Positions 29,090 through 38,782 of a DNA stretch of 64,000 bases are shown here, in pieces (position 1 is the first letter of the stretch; each line of letters starts with the position of its first letter). The stretch spans positions 1 to 64,000 of the forward strand of contig CAVONQ010000003.1 of the NCBI GenBank assembly GCA_963697335.1, in the 5' to 3' direction. Below the pieces are notes generated by a model. That model was not told the DNA's origin, made no database searches, and saw only the letters and a list, made by a program, of their open reading frames with translations. Source of the stretch: an uncultured cyanobacterium (GTDB taxonomy: Bacteria; Cyanobacteriota; Cyanobacteriia; PCC-6307; Cyanobiaceae). The translations under genes and the position numbers were made by a program.

Positions 29090-29536
29090 ATGGCCTTTCT
29101 GACCCGCTCCCGCCTCTTCGGCCTGCTGCTGCTGTTGTCGATGCCGCTCGACTGCGCAGCGGCCCTGGCCACAGCCGCCGCCCAGCAGGGATCGACCGCA
29201 AGCATCGAGGAGCGGCTGCAGCGGATCTCGGCGGTGGTGCGGGACAGGGAGCGGCAGGCCGGCACCGACCTGGAAGGCCAGGACCCCGAGACAGGGCCCC
29301 CGGACGCCCTGGCCTACGTGTTCGTCAACGCCCCCACCCTGGGTTGGGGCAACGGCGGCTTCAGGAATGGCGGCTTCTACAACGGCGGCTTTCGCAACGG
29401 CGGTTTCTTCAATGGCGGCTTCCGCAACGGGGGGTTCCGCAACGGCGGCTTTCTCAATGGCGGCGGATTCCGCAACGGCGGCGGCTTCAGAAATGGGGGC
29501 TTCCGCAACGGCGGTGGCTTCCGGAACTTCCGCTGA
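29090..29536 (+). CDS. grrA: GrrA/OscA-family Gly-rich-repeat RiPP precursor
   Basis: Hydrophobic N-terminus, SIEERLQRISAVVR leader, core WGNGG(FxNGG[G])n. Adjacent to a radical SAM gene. Confidence 0.9.
   Translation: MAFLTRSRLFGLLLLLSMPLDCAAALATAAAQQGSTASIEERLQRISAVVRDRERQAGTDLEGQDPETGPPDALAYVFVNAPTLGWGNGGFRNGGFYNGGFRNGGFFNGGFRNGGFRNGGFLNGGGFRNGGGFRNGGFRNGGGFRNFR
29345..29533 (+). repeat. Coding tandem repeat (15/18-bp units encoding F-x-N-G-G[-G])
   Basis: About 12 units such as TTCCGCAACGGCGGC with synonymous variation. Confidence 0.9.
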
Positions 29537-29547
29537 GCAAGGCCCCG

Positions 29548-30771
29548 ATGAGCGTCACCCCGGTGCCTGAGCTGCCCCCAGCCGAGCTGGCCTCCAGGGA
29601 GGCGTCTTCAGGGGAGCTGGCCTATGGGCCGGTGCGGCTGCTGGTGCTGCAGCCCACCCCCTTCTGCAACCTCGACTGCAGCTACTGCTACCTGCCCCAG
29701 CGGGACGACCGCACCCGGCTGTCGCTGGAGCTGCTGGAGGCGGCCCTGGAGCGGGTGCTGGAGAGCCCGTTCTTTGACGGGGGATTCACCCTGCTCTGGC
29801 ATGCGGGCGAGCCGCTCACCATGCCGATCGCCTTCTACGACGCCGCCAGCGCCCGTATCCAGGCCGTGCTGCAACGCCACGGGCTGCCGCCCTCCACGGT
29901 GGTGCAGTCGCTGCAGACCAACGCCACCGTGATCGATGCGGCCTGGTGTGACTGCTTCGAGCGCCATGACATCCACGTGGGCGTGAGCATGGATGGCCCC
30001 GCCTTCCTCCACGACGCCCACCGGGTCACCCGCACCGGCCTGCCCAGCCATGCCGCCGTGATGCGGGGGGTGGACTGGCTGCAACGGCGGGGCATCCCCT
30101 TCGAGGTGATCTGCGTGCTCACCGCCGCAGGGCTCGACCATGCCGATGCGATTGTCGATTTCTTCCTGCAGCAGGGCATCGGCGACGTGGGCTTCAACAT
30201 GGAGGAGACCGAGGGGGTCAACACCCACTCCAGCCTGGAGGTCTCAGCAGGGGAGCGGCCCGCCCTGGAGGCCCGCTACCGCCAGTTCATGGAGCGCGTC
30301 TGGGACCGCTGCGGCGAACAGCCCGAGCGGCTGCGGATCCGCGAGTTCGAGGGCATCACCAGCCTGGCCTGCGGCGATGCCCGCCTGGTGCAGACCGACA
30401 TGAACACCCCCTTCGCCATCGTGAACGTGGATGCCCGCGGCAACATGTCCACCTTCGATCCGGAGCTGCTCTCGGTGCACACCGAACGCTTCGGCGACTT
30501 CTGCTTCGGCCATGTGCTGCGCGACAGCCTGGTGGATCTGGCCGGCACGGAGAAGTTCCAGCAGGTGGAGCGCGAGATCCGCACCGGCGTGGAGCGCTGC
30601 CGCGCCAGCTGCGACTACTTCGGCCTCTGCGGTGGCGGCGCCGGCAGCAACAAGTACTGGGAGCACGGCCGCTTCGACGGCACCACCACGCAGCACTGCC
30701 GCTACCGCATCCAGCTGGTGGCCGAGGTGGCCCTGGCCGGCATGGAGCGAGAGCTGGGCCTCAACCCCTGA
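29548..30771 (+). CDS. grrM: GrrM/OscB-family cyclophane-forming radical SAM/SPASM peptide maturase
   Basis: LLVLQPTPFCNLDCSYCYLP (CxxxCxxC), WHAGEP, QTNAT, GVSMDGP, STFDPELL, CRASCDYFGLCGGGAGSNKYWE. Confidence 0.93.
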   Translation: MSVTPVPELPPAELASREASSGELAYGPVRLLVLQPTPFCNLDCSYCYLPQRDDRTRLSLELLEAALERVLESPFFDGGFTLLWHAGEPLTMPIAFYDAASARIQAVLQRHGLPPSTVVQSLQTNATVIDAAWCDCFERHDIHVGVSMDGPAFLHDAHRVTRTGLPSHAAVMRGVDWLQRRGIPFEVICVLTAAGLDHADAIVDFFLQQGIGDVGFNMEETEGVNTHSSLEVSAGERPALEARYRQFMERVWDRCGEQPERLRIREFEGITSLACGDARLVQTDMNTPFAIVNVDARGNMSTFDPELLSVHTERFGDFCFGHVLRDSLVDLAGTEKFQQVEREIRTGVERCRASCDYFGLCGGGAGSNKYWEHGRFDGTTTQHCRYRIQLVAEVALAGMERELGLNP

Positions 30772-32029
30772 GGCCCTGACCCCGACGCTCGGCGAGCTGC
30801 CCGAACAGTTCCACGTACTGACGCGGCCCGCCGGCCAGGCTGGCGTCGATGCGCAGGGAATCCTGCGGATCGGTGAGGCCAACCAGGCAGCCATCGGCGT
30901 GGGAGGGGCGGTCCACGGCGCCGCCGCTGCTGTCCACCAGCACCACCCGGTTGGACGTGCCGAACACCTCGCCCAGCTCCTGCAGCAGGGTGAGAAAGCC
31001 CCGGTCGCTGCCGCCCCGCAGCCAGCCCCCAGCGGGGGCCGGCACCGAAGTGATCGTGTCCCCCACCCCCACCAGGGTGGGCATCAGCGCCGGCTCGAAG
31101 GCCGAGCGGGCCAGCTCCAGCAGGCTGGGGTGGTCGTGGGGGGCTGTGCGCACGTTGAAGTCGGCGCCGAGGGGGGCGCTGCCGGTGCGGCGCCCAATCG
31201 CCTGGTTGAGCAGCACCAGCAGGCCCACCTCCTTGAGGGCGCCGCGCAGCATCAGCTGGAAGTCCGTGGTGCCGGTGCCGGCGGCGCTGGCGGGCTTGAG
31301 CTGCTCGCTGCCCTGCCGGCTGCCCAGGTTCGGGGCCAGGTGCAGGAAAAAGGCCTCGCCCAGCCCCGCCGCCGGGGCCTCCGCCAGCAACTCCCCCATC
31401 ACGTCCAAGGCCAGGGCCTGCAGATCCTGCTGCCGGGCCACGTCGCCCTGCACCGCAGCGAGGAGCCCATTGAGATTGAGGCTGGGGGAGAGGGGGTTGT
31501 CGAGCACAGCCGCCTCCACCAGGGCCTCCCGTTCGGCCGCAGCGCGTTGGGGCAGCAGCGCCGGCAACCGCTCCAGCAAGGTCCGCCGCAGCCGCTGCGG
31601 CACCGCCGCCAGAAAGGCGAGCTCCCCGGCGGACACCCCCGGGTGGCTCACCCGGCCAAAGCGGTCCTGCAGCTGCACGCCGCCGGCCGCCAGCCCCGGC
31701 AGGTAGAGGCCCTCGGCGGCAGGCTCGGCCAGGCCGGCCAGGGCCTGCTCCACCACCCGGTTCACCCCCCGGCTGCCCTCATGCTCGCCATTGGTGAGCA
31801 CGGCAAACTGCCCCTCCAGCTGCCGCGCCGCCCGGATGTAGGCCGGCTCCAGCCGCCGCTGGCGGGGATCGTGCACCAGCTCCATGCACACCCCGTCGAG
31901 GTCCTGCACGATCAACAGCTCGGCCGGGGCGGCCAGGTCGTCGAGCAGGGCTTCCGGGCTCAGGGGCTTGGACGAGAGGGGCATGGCCGGGGGTGCCGGG
32001 GCATCGGGCGCGGCCGGGACCGCTGCCAT
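30761..32029 (-). CDS. stpA: Glucosylglycerol-3-phosphate phosphatase
   Basis: LLIVQDLDGVCM, VLTNGEHEG.RGVNR, YLPGLAAGGVQ, GTTDFQ, GVGDT, RGGSDRGFL. Start is 32029 or 31984. Confidence 0.92.
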   Translation of the reverse strand: MAAVPAAPDAPAPPAMPLSSKPLSPEALLDDLAAPAELLIVQDLDGVCMELVHDPRQRRLEPAYIRAARQLEGQFAVLTNGEHEGSRGVNRVVEQALAGLAEPAAEGLYLPGLAAGGVQLQDRFGRVSHPGVSAGELAFLAAVPQRLRRTLLERLPALLPQRAAAEREALVEAAVLDNPLSPSLNLNGLLAAVQGDVARQQDLQALALDVMGELLAEAPAAGLGEAFFLHLAPNLGSRQGSEQLKPASAAGTGTTDFQLMLRGALKEVGLLVLLNQAIGRRTGSAPLGADFNVRTAPHDHPSLLELARSAFEPALMPTLVGVGDTITSVPAPAGGWLRGGSDRGFLTLLQELGEVFGTSNRVVLVDSSGGAVDRPSHADGCLVGLTDPQDSLRIDASLAGGPRQYVELFGQLAERRGQGLRG

Positions 32030-32131
32030 CACCCTGCCCCATCGGCCAGCCATTGCACTTCCTTTCGCCAGCGGTGAATCCCGGCATCCAGTCAGCTCTG
32101 TTGTGGTACCAAACTCAAAACAGGTGGCTGC

Positions 32132-33676
32132 ATGGGTTCTGCCCTCTTTCTGAGCATCGACCAGGGCACAACAAGTTCCCGGGCGGCGCTGTATGACCGC
32201 CAGGGCCAGCAGGTGGCCTGCTGCGGCGCGCCCCTGGAGTGCCACTACCCGGCGGATGGCTGGGTGGAGCAGCACCCGGAGGCGATCTGGCAGAGCCAGC
32301 TGGCCGCCCTGCAGCAGCTGGAGCAGTCGATCAGCCCGGAGCAGCGCCGCGCCGTGGCGGCCTGCGGGATCGCCAACCAGCGTGAAACCACCGTGCTCTG
32401 GCGTCGGGGCACGGAGGAGCCCCTGGCCCCGGCGATCGTGTGGCAGGACGGCCGCACCGCCGCCCTCTGCGCCGCCTGGAAGCAGGAGGGGCTGGAAGCC
32501 ACCATCCGCCAGCGCACCGGCCTGCTGGTGGATCCCTACTTCAGTGCCAGCAAGATTGTGTGGCTGCTGCGGGAGCTGCCGGCGGCGGCGGCGGCAGCGG
32601 CGGCCGGGGAGCTGTGTTTCGGCACCGTGGACAGCTGGCTGCTGTGGCGGCTGTGCGGACGCCATGCCACCGACTGCAGCAATGCCAGCCGCACCCTGCT
32701 GATGGACCTGGAGCAGCTGCGCTGGGATCTCGACCTCGCCTCCAGCCTGGGGGTGCCGCCGGACGCCCTGCCGGAACTGCTGCCGAGCCAGGCCGCCTTC
32801 GGCACGATCGCGGCGGGGCTGCCCTTCGCCGGCGTGCCGATCACGGCGGTGCTGGGGGATCAGCAGGCCGCCACCCTGGGCCAGAGTTGCCTGGCCAGCG
32901 GCGAGGGCAAGTGCACCTACGGCACCGGCGCCTTCCTGGTGATCAACACCGGCGCCACGATCCAGCGCTCCGACGCCGGCCTGCTCAGCACCGTCGGCTG
33001 GACCGACGCCTCTGGCCGCCCCACCTACTGCCTCGAGGGCAGCCTCTTCAATGCCGGCACCGCCATTCAGTGGCTGCGCGACGGTCTGAAGCTGATCGAG
33101 CGCTCCGACCAGGTGAACGCCCTGGCCGCCAGCTGCAGCAGCAGCGGCGGCGTGATGCTGGTGCCCGCCTTCACCGGCTGGGGTACGCCTCACTGGGATC
33201 CGGCGGCCCGGGGCCTGCTGATCGGCCTCAGCCGTGACACCGGTCCGGCCCAGCTCGCCCGGGCCACCCTGGAGGGCATCGCCCTGGCGGTGGCCACCCT
33301 GGTGGAGCTGGCCGAAGAGGCCCTGGGCGAGCCCCTGCAGGAGCTCGCCGCCGATGGCGGGGCGGCAGCGGCCGATCTGCTGCTCCAGGCCCAGGCCGAT
33401 GCCACCGGCCTGCCGGTGCGGCGCCGGGCCGACCTGGAGAGCACGGCGCGGGGGGTGGCCCTGCTGGCCGGGGTACAGGTTGGAGAGCTGGAGGGCCTGG
33501 GCGCCTGGAGCGACCTGGTCGGGGCCCCCGGTGCCCGGCGCTTCGAGCCCGCGATCAGCCCGGAGCAGCGCCAACATCGGCAGCAGCGCTGGCGGTCCGC
33601 CGTGGAGCGCAGCCTGCACTGGCATGAACCCGACCTGCAGCAGGCCCAAATGGTGTCCCCTTCTGGAGCAACCTGA
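32132..33676 (+). CDS. glpK: Glycerol kinase
   Basis: SIDQGTTSSRA, GIANQRET, WQDGRT, DPYFSASK, GDQQAA, KCTYGTG. Confidence 0.96.
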   Translation: MGSALFLSIDQGTTSSRAALYDRQGQQVACCGAPLECHYPADGWVEQHPEAIWQSQLAALQQLEQSISPEQRRAVAACGIANQRETTVLWRRGTEEPLAPAIVWQDGRTAALCAAWKQEGLEATIRQRTGLLVDPYFSASKIVWLLRELPAAAAAAAAGELCFGTVDSWLLWRLCGRHATDCSNASRTLLMDLEQLRWDLDLASSLGVPPDALPELLPSQAAFGTIAAGLPFAGVPITAVLGDQQAATLGQSCLASGEGKCTYGTGAFLVINTGATIQRSDAGLLSTVGWTDASGRPTYCLEGSLFNAGTAIQWLRDGLKLIERSDQVNALAASCSSSGGVMLVPAFTGWGTPHWDPAARGLLIGLSRDTGPAQLARATLEGIALAVATLVELAEEALGEPLQELAADGGAAAADLLLQAQADATGLPVRRRADLESTARGVALLAGVQVGELEGLGAWSDLVGAPGARRFEPAISPEQRQHRQQRWRSAVERSLHWHEPDLQQAQMVSPSGAT

Positions 33677-35220
33677 TGACAGTGGATCTGCTCGTGATCG
33701 GTGGCGGGGCCACCGGGTCCAGCGTGGCACTTGAGGCCGCGCGCCGCGGCCTCTCGGTGACCCTCGTGGAGGCGGGCGACATCGCCCAGGGCACCAGCAG
33801 CCGCAGCACCAAGCTGCTGCACGGCGGCGTGCGCTATCTGGAACTGGCCTTCCGCCGGCTGGACTGGCGCCAGCTGCAGCTGGTGCGGGAGGCACTGGGG
33901 GAACGGGGCCACTGGCTGGAGGCGGTGCCGTTTCTCGCCCACCGGCTAGAGCTGCTGCTGCCTACGGCCGGCTTCATCCAGCAGGCCTACTACGGCATCG
34001 GCCTGGGGCTCTACGACCTGCTGGCCGGGCGCCGCGGCATCGGCGCCAGCCGCTGGCTGGCCCGCGGGGCCGTGCAGCAGCAGTTGCCTGAGCTGGCTCC
34101 AGGCTACAGCGGTGTGGCCTACAGCGATGGCCAGTTCGACGATGCCCGGCTCAACCTGCTGATCGCCCGCACCGCAGCGGGCCTGGGTGTGAGCGTGCAC
34201 ACCCGCACCCGGGTGGTGGAGCTGCTGCGCCAGCAGGGCCGCCTCAGCGGCGCGGTCGTGGAAGACCTGCAGACGGGGGAGCGCCGCGAGCTGCAGGCAC
34301 GGGTGGTGCTGAACGCCACCGGCATCGGCGCCGACGCGATCCGCCGCATGGCCGATCCCGACCAGGGTCCGCGGCTGCAGGCCAGCCGGGGCATCCACCT
34401 GGTGCTGAAGGGAAACCTCTGCCCCGGCGGCACCGGCCTGTTGATTCCCGCCACCGACGACGGCCGGGTGCTGTTCCTGCTGCCGTTCTTCGGCCGCACC
34501 CTGGTGGGCACCACCGACACCCCCTGCCCGGTCGGGGAGGCCAACACCCCCAGCCCCGAGGAGGAGGCCTACCTGCTGAGCTACGTACGGCGCTGGTTCC
34601 CCCAGCACGGAGAGCCGCAGGTTTGCAGCCGCTGGGCCGGCGCCCGCCCCCTGCTGCGCCCGGCCAGCGCCGCCACCCCCGCTTCCGCGGGTGCAGCCCC
34701 GGAAACCTCCACCGTGGTGCGCGAGCACGAGGTGGAACAGCTGCCCTCCGGGCTGATCAGCGTGATGGGCGGCAAGTGGACCACCTGCCGCCCCATGGCC
34801 CTCGATGGCCTGAACGCCGTGGCAGCCCAGCTGGGCCGACCCCTGGCGGAGCCCGCCGGACCCACGCCGATCCTGGGGGCCGACGTGGACTCCGAGGTCA
34901 CCCGTCAGGGGCTGGCGGCCCTGGAGCAGCGCCTCGGCGCTGAGCACCCAGCGGCCCTGGTGCAGCATCTGCTGGCCAGCCATGGGTTAGAGGCCGAGGC
35001 GGTGCTCGCCTGCGCCGCCTCGCCCCAGGAGAGGGAACCCCTCAGCCCGGTGATTCCGCTCACCGCCGCGGAGGTGCGCCACGCCGTGCGCCACGAGTGG
35101 GCCCGCAGCAGCGACGACGTGCTCTGCCGCCGCTGCCGCCTCAGCTTCGTGGACAGCGCCGAGGCCGAACGGCTGCGGCCCGAGGTGCAACGGCTGCTGG
35201 ATCAGGAGCTGGCAGGCTGA
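33676..35220 (+). CDS. glpD: FAD-dependent glycerol-3-phosphate dehydrogenase
   Basis: VIGGGATG, GTSSRSTKLLHGGVRYL, DGQFDDAR, GTTD, GGKWTT. Confidence 0.95.
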   Translation: MTVDLLVIGGGATGSSVALEAARRGLSVTLVEAGDIAQGTSSRSTKLLHGGVRYLELAFRRLDWRQLQLVREALGERGHWLEAVPFLAHRLELLLPTAGFIQQAYYGIGLGLYDLLAGRRGIGASRWLARGAVQQQLPELAPGYSGVAYSDGQFDDARLNLLIARTAAGLGVSVHTRTRVVELLRQQGRLSGAVVEDLQTGERRELQARVVLNATGIGADAIRRMADPDQGPRLQASRGIHLVLKGNLCPGGTGLLIPATDDGRVLFLLPFFGRTLVGTTDTPCPVGEANTPSPEEEAYLLSYVRRWFPQHGEPQVCSRWAGARPLLRPASAATPASAGAAPETSTVVREHEVEQLPSGLISVMGGKWTTCRPMALDGLNAVAAQLGRPLAEPAGPTPILGADVDSEVTRQGLAALEQRLGAEHPAALVQHLLASHGLEAEAVLACAASPQEREPLSPVIPLTAAEVRHAVRHEWARSSDDVLCRRCRLSFVDSAEAERLRPEVQRLLDQELAG

Positions 35221-36890
35221 GGCGGCTCGCTGGCCTCGGCCACCATCTCCATCTCGCCCACCAGCCACCAGAAGAAGCCGTAGGCGGGCAGGTAGATGAA
35301 CCAGCTGTCGCTCGCGGCAGGAAACTCACACCCTCCCACCACCTCGCGCATGCGGCTGCCCCGCCACTGATCCAGATCGAGCTGGGTGGAGGCGCCAGTG
35401 CCCGACACATTGGCCGCCACCACCATGGTCATGTCGGCGGTGCTGCGGGAGTAGCTCAACACAGAGGGGTGGTCGCTCTCCAGCAGCTGGAAATCCCCCA
35501 GCCGCAGGGCCGGCAACTGCTGGCGACTGGTGAGCATGCGGTGGTGCCAGTTGAGCAGGGAGCCGGAGAGCTGTTGCTGCACGGCCACGTTGACCACCCG
35601 ATAGTCGTAGCCGGGGGCAGTGATCGGTGGCAGCACCAGCAGGGGATCGGGCGCCGTGGAGAAGCCACCGTTGCGGTCCCGCGTCCAGGCCATCGGCGTG
35701 CGGTTGGCATCGCGGTCGCGCAGCCCGGGCCAGTCACCCATGCCCAGCTCGTCGCCGTAGTACAGGCAGGGGATGCCGGGCAGGCTGTAGATGAGGCTGT
35801 GCAGCAGGGTGTTGGGGCGTGGATCGCCGTTGAGCATCGGCGCCAGCCGACGGTTGATGCCCCAGTTCAGCCAGTGGCCCTCGGCGTTGGGAAAGCCGGT
35901 GCACACCGCCTCCACCACCGCATCGCTCACCAGGTGACCATCGCCCAGCCACAGCTCGTCGTGGTTGCGCAGGGGCAGGGCCCAGCGACAGCCCGGTACG
36001 GCGTTCTGGGCCTCGCGCAGGCAGGTGTAGAGCTGGTCGCAGCGCCCCTGGGCCACCGCCGCGAACAGGTGGGCGGTGAGGGCAAACTCAAAGGCCGCGT
36101 GCAGTTCCCCCTCCGCCAGGTAGGGAGCCGACTCCTGCACGGGCTGAATCGCCTCGGCCAGCAGCAGCACGTCGCGGCCGCAGGCATCCACCCGCTGCCG
36201 CACCCGCCGCAGGAAAGCGTGGGTCTCGGGCAGGCCCTCGCAGCGGCTGCCCTCCTCCTCGAACAGGAATGGCACCGCGTCGAGCCGGAAGCCGTCGATC
36301 CCCTGCTGCAGCCAGAAGTCCACCACCGCCAGCATCTCCTCCTGCACGGCCGGGTTGGCGTAGTTGAGGTCGGGCTGGTGGCGCAGGAAGCGGTGCAGGA
36401 AGTACTGGCCCGCCACCTCATCCCACTCCCAGTTGGAGCTCTCGTAGTGGCGGAACAGCACGGGGGCGTCGGCGTAGCAGTCGTCGCGATCCCGCCACAC
36501 GTAGAAGTCGCGCTCGGAGCTGCCGCTCGGCGCCCAGCGGGCCCGCTGGAACCAGGGGTGCAGCACGCTGGTGTGGTTGAGCACCAGATCGAGCACCACC
36601 TTGATGCCGAGCCGATGGGCCCGCTCCAGCAGCTGGCGCAGGTCGGCCAGGCAGCCCAGATCGGGATGGATGGCCTTGAAGTCGGTGATGTCGTAGCCGC
36701 CGTCCTTGAGCGGAGAGGGGTAGATCGGCGTCAGCCAGATCGCATCCACCCCCAGCCAGCTCAGATACGGCAACCTCTCCCTAATGCCGGCCAGATCGCC
36801 GATGCCATCACCGTTGGCATCGGCAAAGCTGCGCGGCAGCAACTGGTAGATCACACAGCCTTCCCACCAGTGCGCCACCGGATCAGGCAT
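35202..36890 (-). CDS. treS: TreS-like GH13 alpha-glucoside enzyme (trehalose synthase family)
   Basis: FADANGDGIGD, DGGYDI, VLNHTS, HQPDLN, GFRLDAV (Asp), LAEA (Glu), LRNHDEL (Asp), GINRRLAP, YYGDELGMGD. Confidence 0.8.
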   Translation of the reverse strand: MPDPVAHWWEGCVIYQLLPRSFADANGDGIGDLAGIRERLPYLSWLGVDAIWLTPIYPSPLKDGGYDITDFKAIHPDLGCLADLRQLLERAHRLGIKVVLDLVLNHTSVLHPWFQRARWAPSGSSERDFYVWRDRDDCYADAPVLFRHYESSNWEWDEVAGQYFLHRFLRHQPDLNYANPAVQEEMLAVVDFWLQQGIDGFRLDAVPFLFEEEGSRCEGLPETHAFLRRVRQRVDACGRDVLLLAEAIQPVQESAPYLAEGELHAAFEFALTAHLFAAVAQGRCDQLYTCLREAQNAVPGCRWALPLRNHDELWLGDGHLVSDAVVEAVCTGFPNAEGHWLNWGINRRLAPMLNGDPRPNTLLHSLIYSLPGIPCLYYGDELGMGDWPGLRDRDANRTPMAWTRDRNGGFSTAPDPLLVLPPITAPGYDYRVVNVAVQQQLSGSLLNWHHRMLTSRQQLPALRLGDFQLLESDHPSVLSYSRSTADMTMVVAANVSGTGASTQLDLDQWRGSRMREVVGGCEFPAASDSWFIYLPAYGFFWWLVGEMEMVAEASEPPQPASS

Positions 36891-36959
36891 CAGGCATCCA
36901 GACCCTCTCGCTCTGTCTTGGTTTAGGCGCAAATGGCCGCCAGCGCCAGCACCCGGGCC

Positions 36960-37949
36960 TCAGCAGCGCAGCCCGCTGGCCTGCTGGAAGCGATGTTCGT
37001 GGCGCCGGTCCCAGCCCAGCTGCAGCGCGCTGGCGATCGGCTGGCTGCCGTCGCAGGTCCAGCGCAGCTCTCCGTGGGGGCTGCTGAGCGTGAGCTGCTG
37101 GCTGGCGCCGTGCCACTCGCGGCTGAGCACCCGCACCGGCAGGCCGCCCTCGGCCACCGGATGCAGGTGCTCGGGACGGATGCCCACCAGGGTGCCGTCC
37201 TGCATCGGCAGCAGGTTGATCTGGGGTCGGCCGATGAAGCGCGCCACCGCTACGTTGGCCGGCGTGCCATAGAGCTCCTGGGGGGTGCCGCACTGCTGCA
37301 GGCGCCCGTGCTGCAGCACGGCGATGCGGTCGGCGATGCCCATGGCCTCCTGCTGGTCGTGGGTCACATACACCACCGGGGCCTGGCTGCCGCAGAGGAT
37401 CGTGCGCAGCTGGGGGCGCAGCTCCTCCCGCAGCTGGGCATCGAGGTTGCTCATCGGTTCATCCAGCAGGAACACCCGCGGCTGGCGCAGCAGGGCCCGG
37501 GCCAGGGCCACCCGCTGGCGCTGGCCGCCCGAGAGGTCGGCGGGCCGTCGCTCGCGCTGATCCTCCAGCTGCAGCATGGCCAGCACCCGGGCGATCTCCT
37601 GCTGCCGCTGCTGCCGCGACACCCCCCGTAGCTCCATGCCCAGCGAGAGGTTGCGGGCCACGCTGAGGTGCGGGTAGAGGGCATAGCTCTGGAACACCAT
37701 CGCCACCTGGCGCCGCCCCGCCGGCAGGGCGGTGATGTCGCGCTCGCCCAGCAGGATGCGGCCGCCATCGGGCTGATCGAGGCCGGCGATCAGCCGCAGG
37801 ATCGTGCTCTTGCCGCAGCCGCTCGGCCCCAGCAAGGCCACACACTCGCCCGGCTCCACCCGCAGGTCGATGCCCGCCAGGATCGCGCGTTGGCCGAGGC
37901 GGCGTTCCAGGCCTTCGAGGCGCAGGGCGGGGGCTGGTGCGCTGCTCAT
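36960..37949 (-). CDS. Sugar ABC transporter ATP-binding protein (GgtA-like)
   Basis: GPSGCGKS, VFQSYALYPH, LSGGQRQR, LDEPMSNLDA, VTHDQQEA. Confidence 0.92.
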   Translation of the reverse strand: MSSAPAPALRLEGLERRLGQRAILAGIDLRVEPGECVALLGPSGCGKSTILRLIAGLDQPDGGRILLGERDITALPAGRRQVAMVFQSYALYPHLSVARNLSLGMELRGVSRQQRQQEIARVLAMLQLEDQRERRPADLSGGQRQRVALARALLRQPRVFLLDEPMSNLDAQLREELRPQLRTILCGSQAPVVYVTHDQQEAMGIADRIAVLQHGRLQQCGTPQELYGTPANVAVARFIGRPQINLLPMQDGTLVGIRPEHLHPVAEGGLPVRVLSREWHGASQQLTLSSPHGELRWTCDGSQPIASALQLGWDRRHEHRFQQASGLRC

Positions 37950-38782
37950 CCCTTGATCGCTCCCTGGGTGAGGCCGGCCACGATCTGGCGCTGGAACAGC
38001 AGCAGCAGGGCCAGCAGCGGCACGCTGCCCAGCACGGTGGCGGCGGCGAAGGCGCCGTAGGGCACCGTAAACACCGAGGAGCCGGCGATGCGGGCCATGG
38101 CGGGCGCCAGGGTGAGCAGCTCGCTGCGGCTGAGCCAGGTGAGGGCGATCGGAAACTCGTTCCAGCTGAACAGGAACACCAGCAGCGCCGTGCTCACCAC
38201 CGATGGCCCCATCAGCGGCAGCAGGATCCAGCGCAGCCGCTGCCAGAGGCTGAAGCCCTCCAGCACAGCGTTCTCCTCCAGCTCCCGCGGCAGCTCCGAG
38301 AAGGCCGCCTGCAGCAGCAGCAAGGCCAGGGGCAGGGACAGGCCGGCGTAGGGCAAGCACAGGGCCAGCAGGTTGTTGGCCAGCCCCAGCTGCCGCGCCA
38401 CCTGCAGCAGGGCCAGGAACAGCAGCACGTAGGGAAACACCGCCGCCGCCAGCAGACCGCCGCCCACCAGCAGCCGCAGCAGGCCGCCGCGGCGGCTGAG
38501 GGCATAGGCACAGGGTATGGCGAGGGCGAGGGTGAGCAGGGTGCTCAGGGCCCCCACCACGGTGCTGTTGAGCAGGTAGCGCCAGAAGGGGGGATCACTG
38601 CCCAGCACGGCGCCGTAGTTGGCCAGAGTCCAGCCGCGGCCAAGGGCCGCCGCGCCGGCCAGCAGGGCCTCGGGGGTCCGCAGGGAGGTGTAGAGCTGCC
38701 AGAGCATGGGCGCCAGGCTCCAGACCAGCAACAGGACCACCAGGGCCAGACGGCCGCCGCGGGGCGAAGCGGCCTGGCTCAT
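37946..38782 (-). CDS. Carbohydrate ABC transporter permease (MalG/GgtD-like)
   Basis: Transmembrane helices, LPRELEENAVLEG (EAA-like), FSWNEF. Confidence 0.9.
   Translation of the reverse strand: MSQAASPRGGRLALVVLLLVWSLAPMLWQLYTSLRTPEALLAGAAALGRGWTLANYGAVLGSDPPFWRYLLNSTVVGALSTLLTLALAIPCAYALSRRGGLLRLLVGGGLLAAAVFPYVLLFLALLQVARQLGLANNLLALCLPYAGLSLPLALLLLQAAFSELPRELEENAVLEGFSLWQRLRWILLPLMGPSVVSTALLVFLFSWNEFPIALTWLSRSELLTLAPAMARIAGSSVFTVPYGAFAAATVLGSVPLLALLLLFQRQIVAGLTQGAIKG

Noticed and set aside
29345..29533. Repeat array resembling a CRISPR
   Set aside because: Units are 15-18 bp, contiguous and in frame, with no unique spacers and no cas genes. It is the GrrA core.
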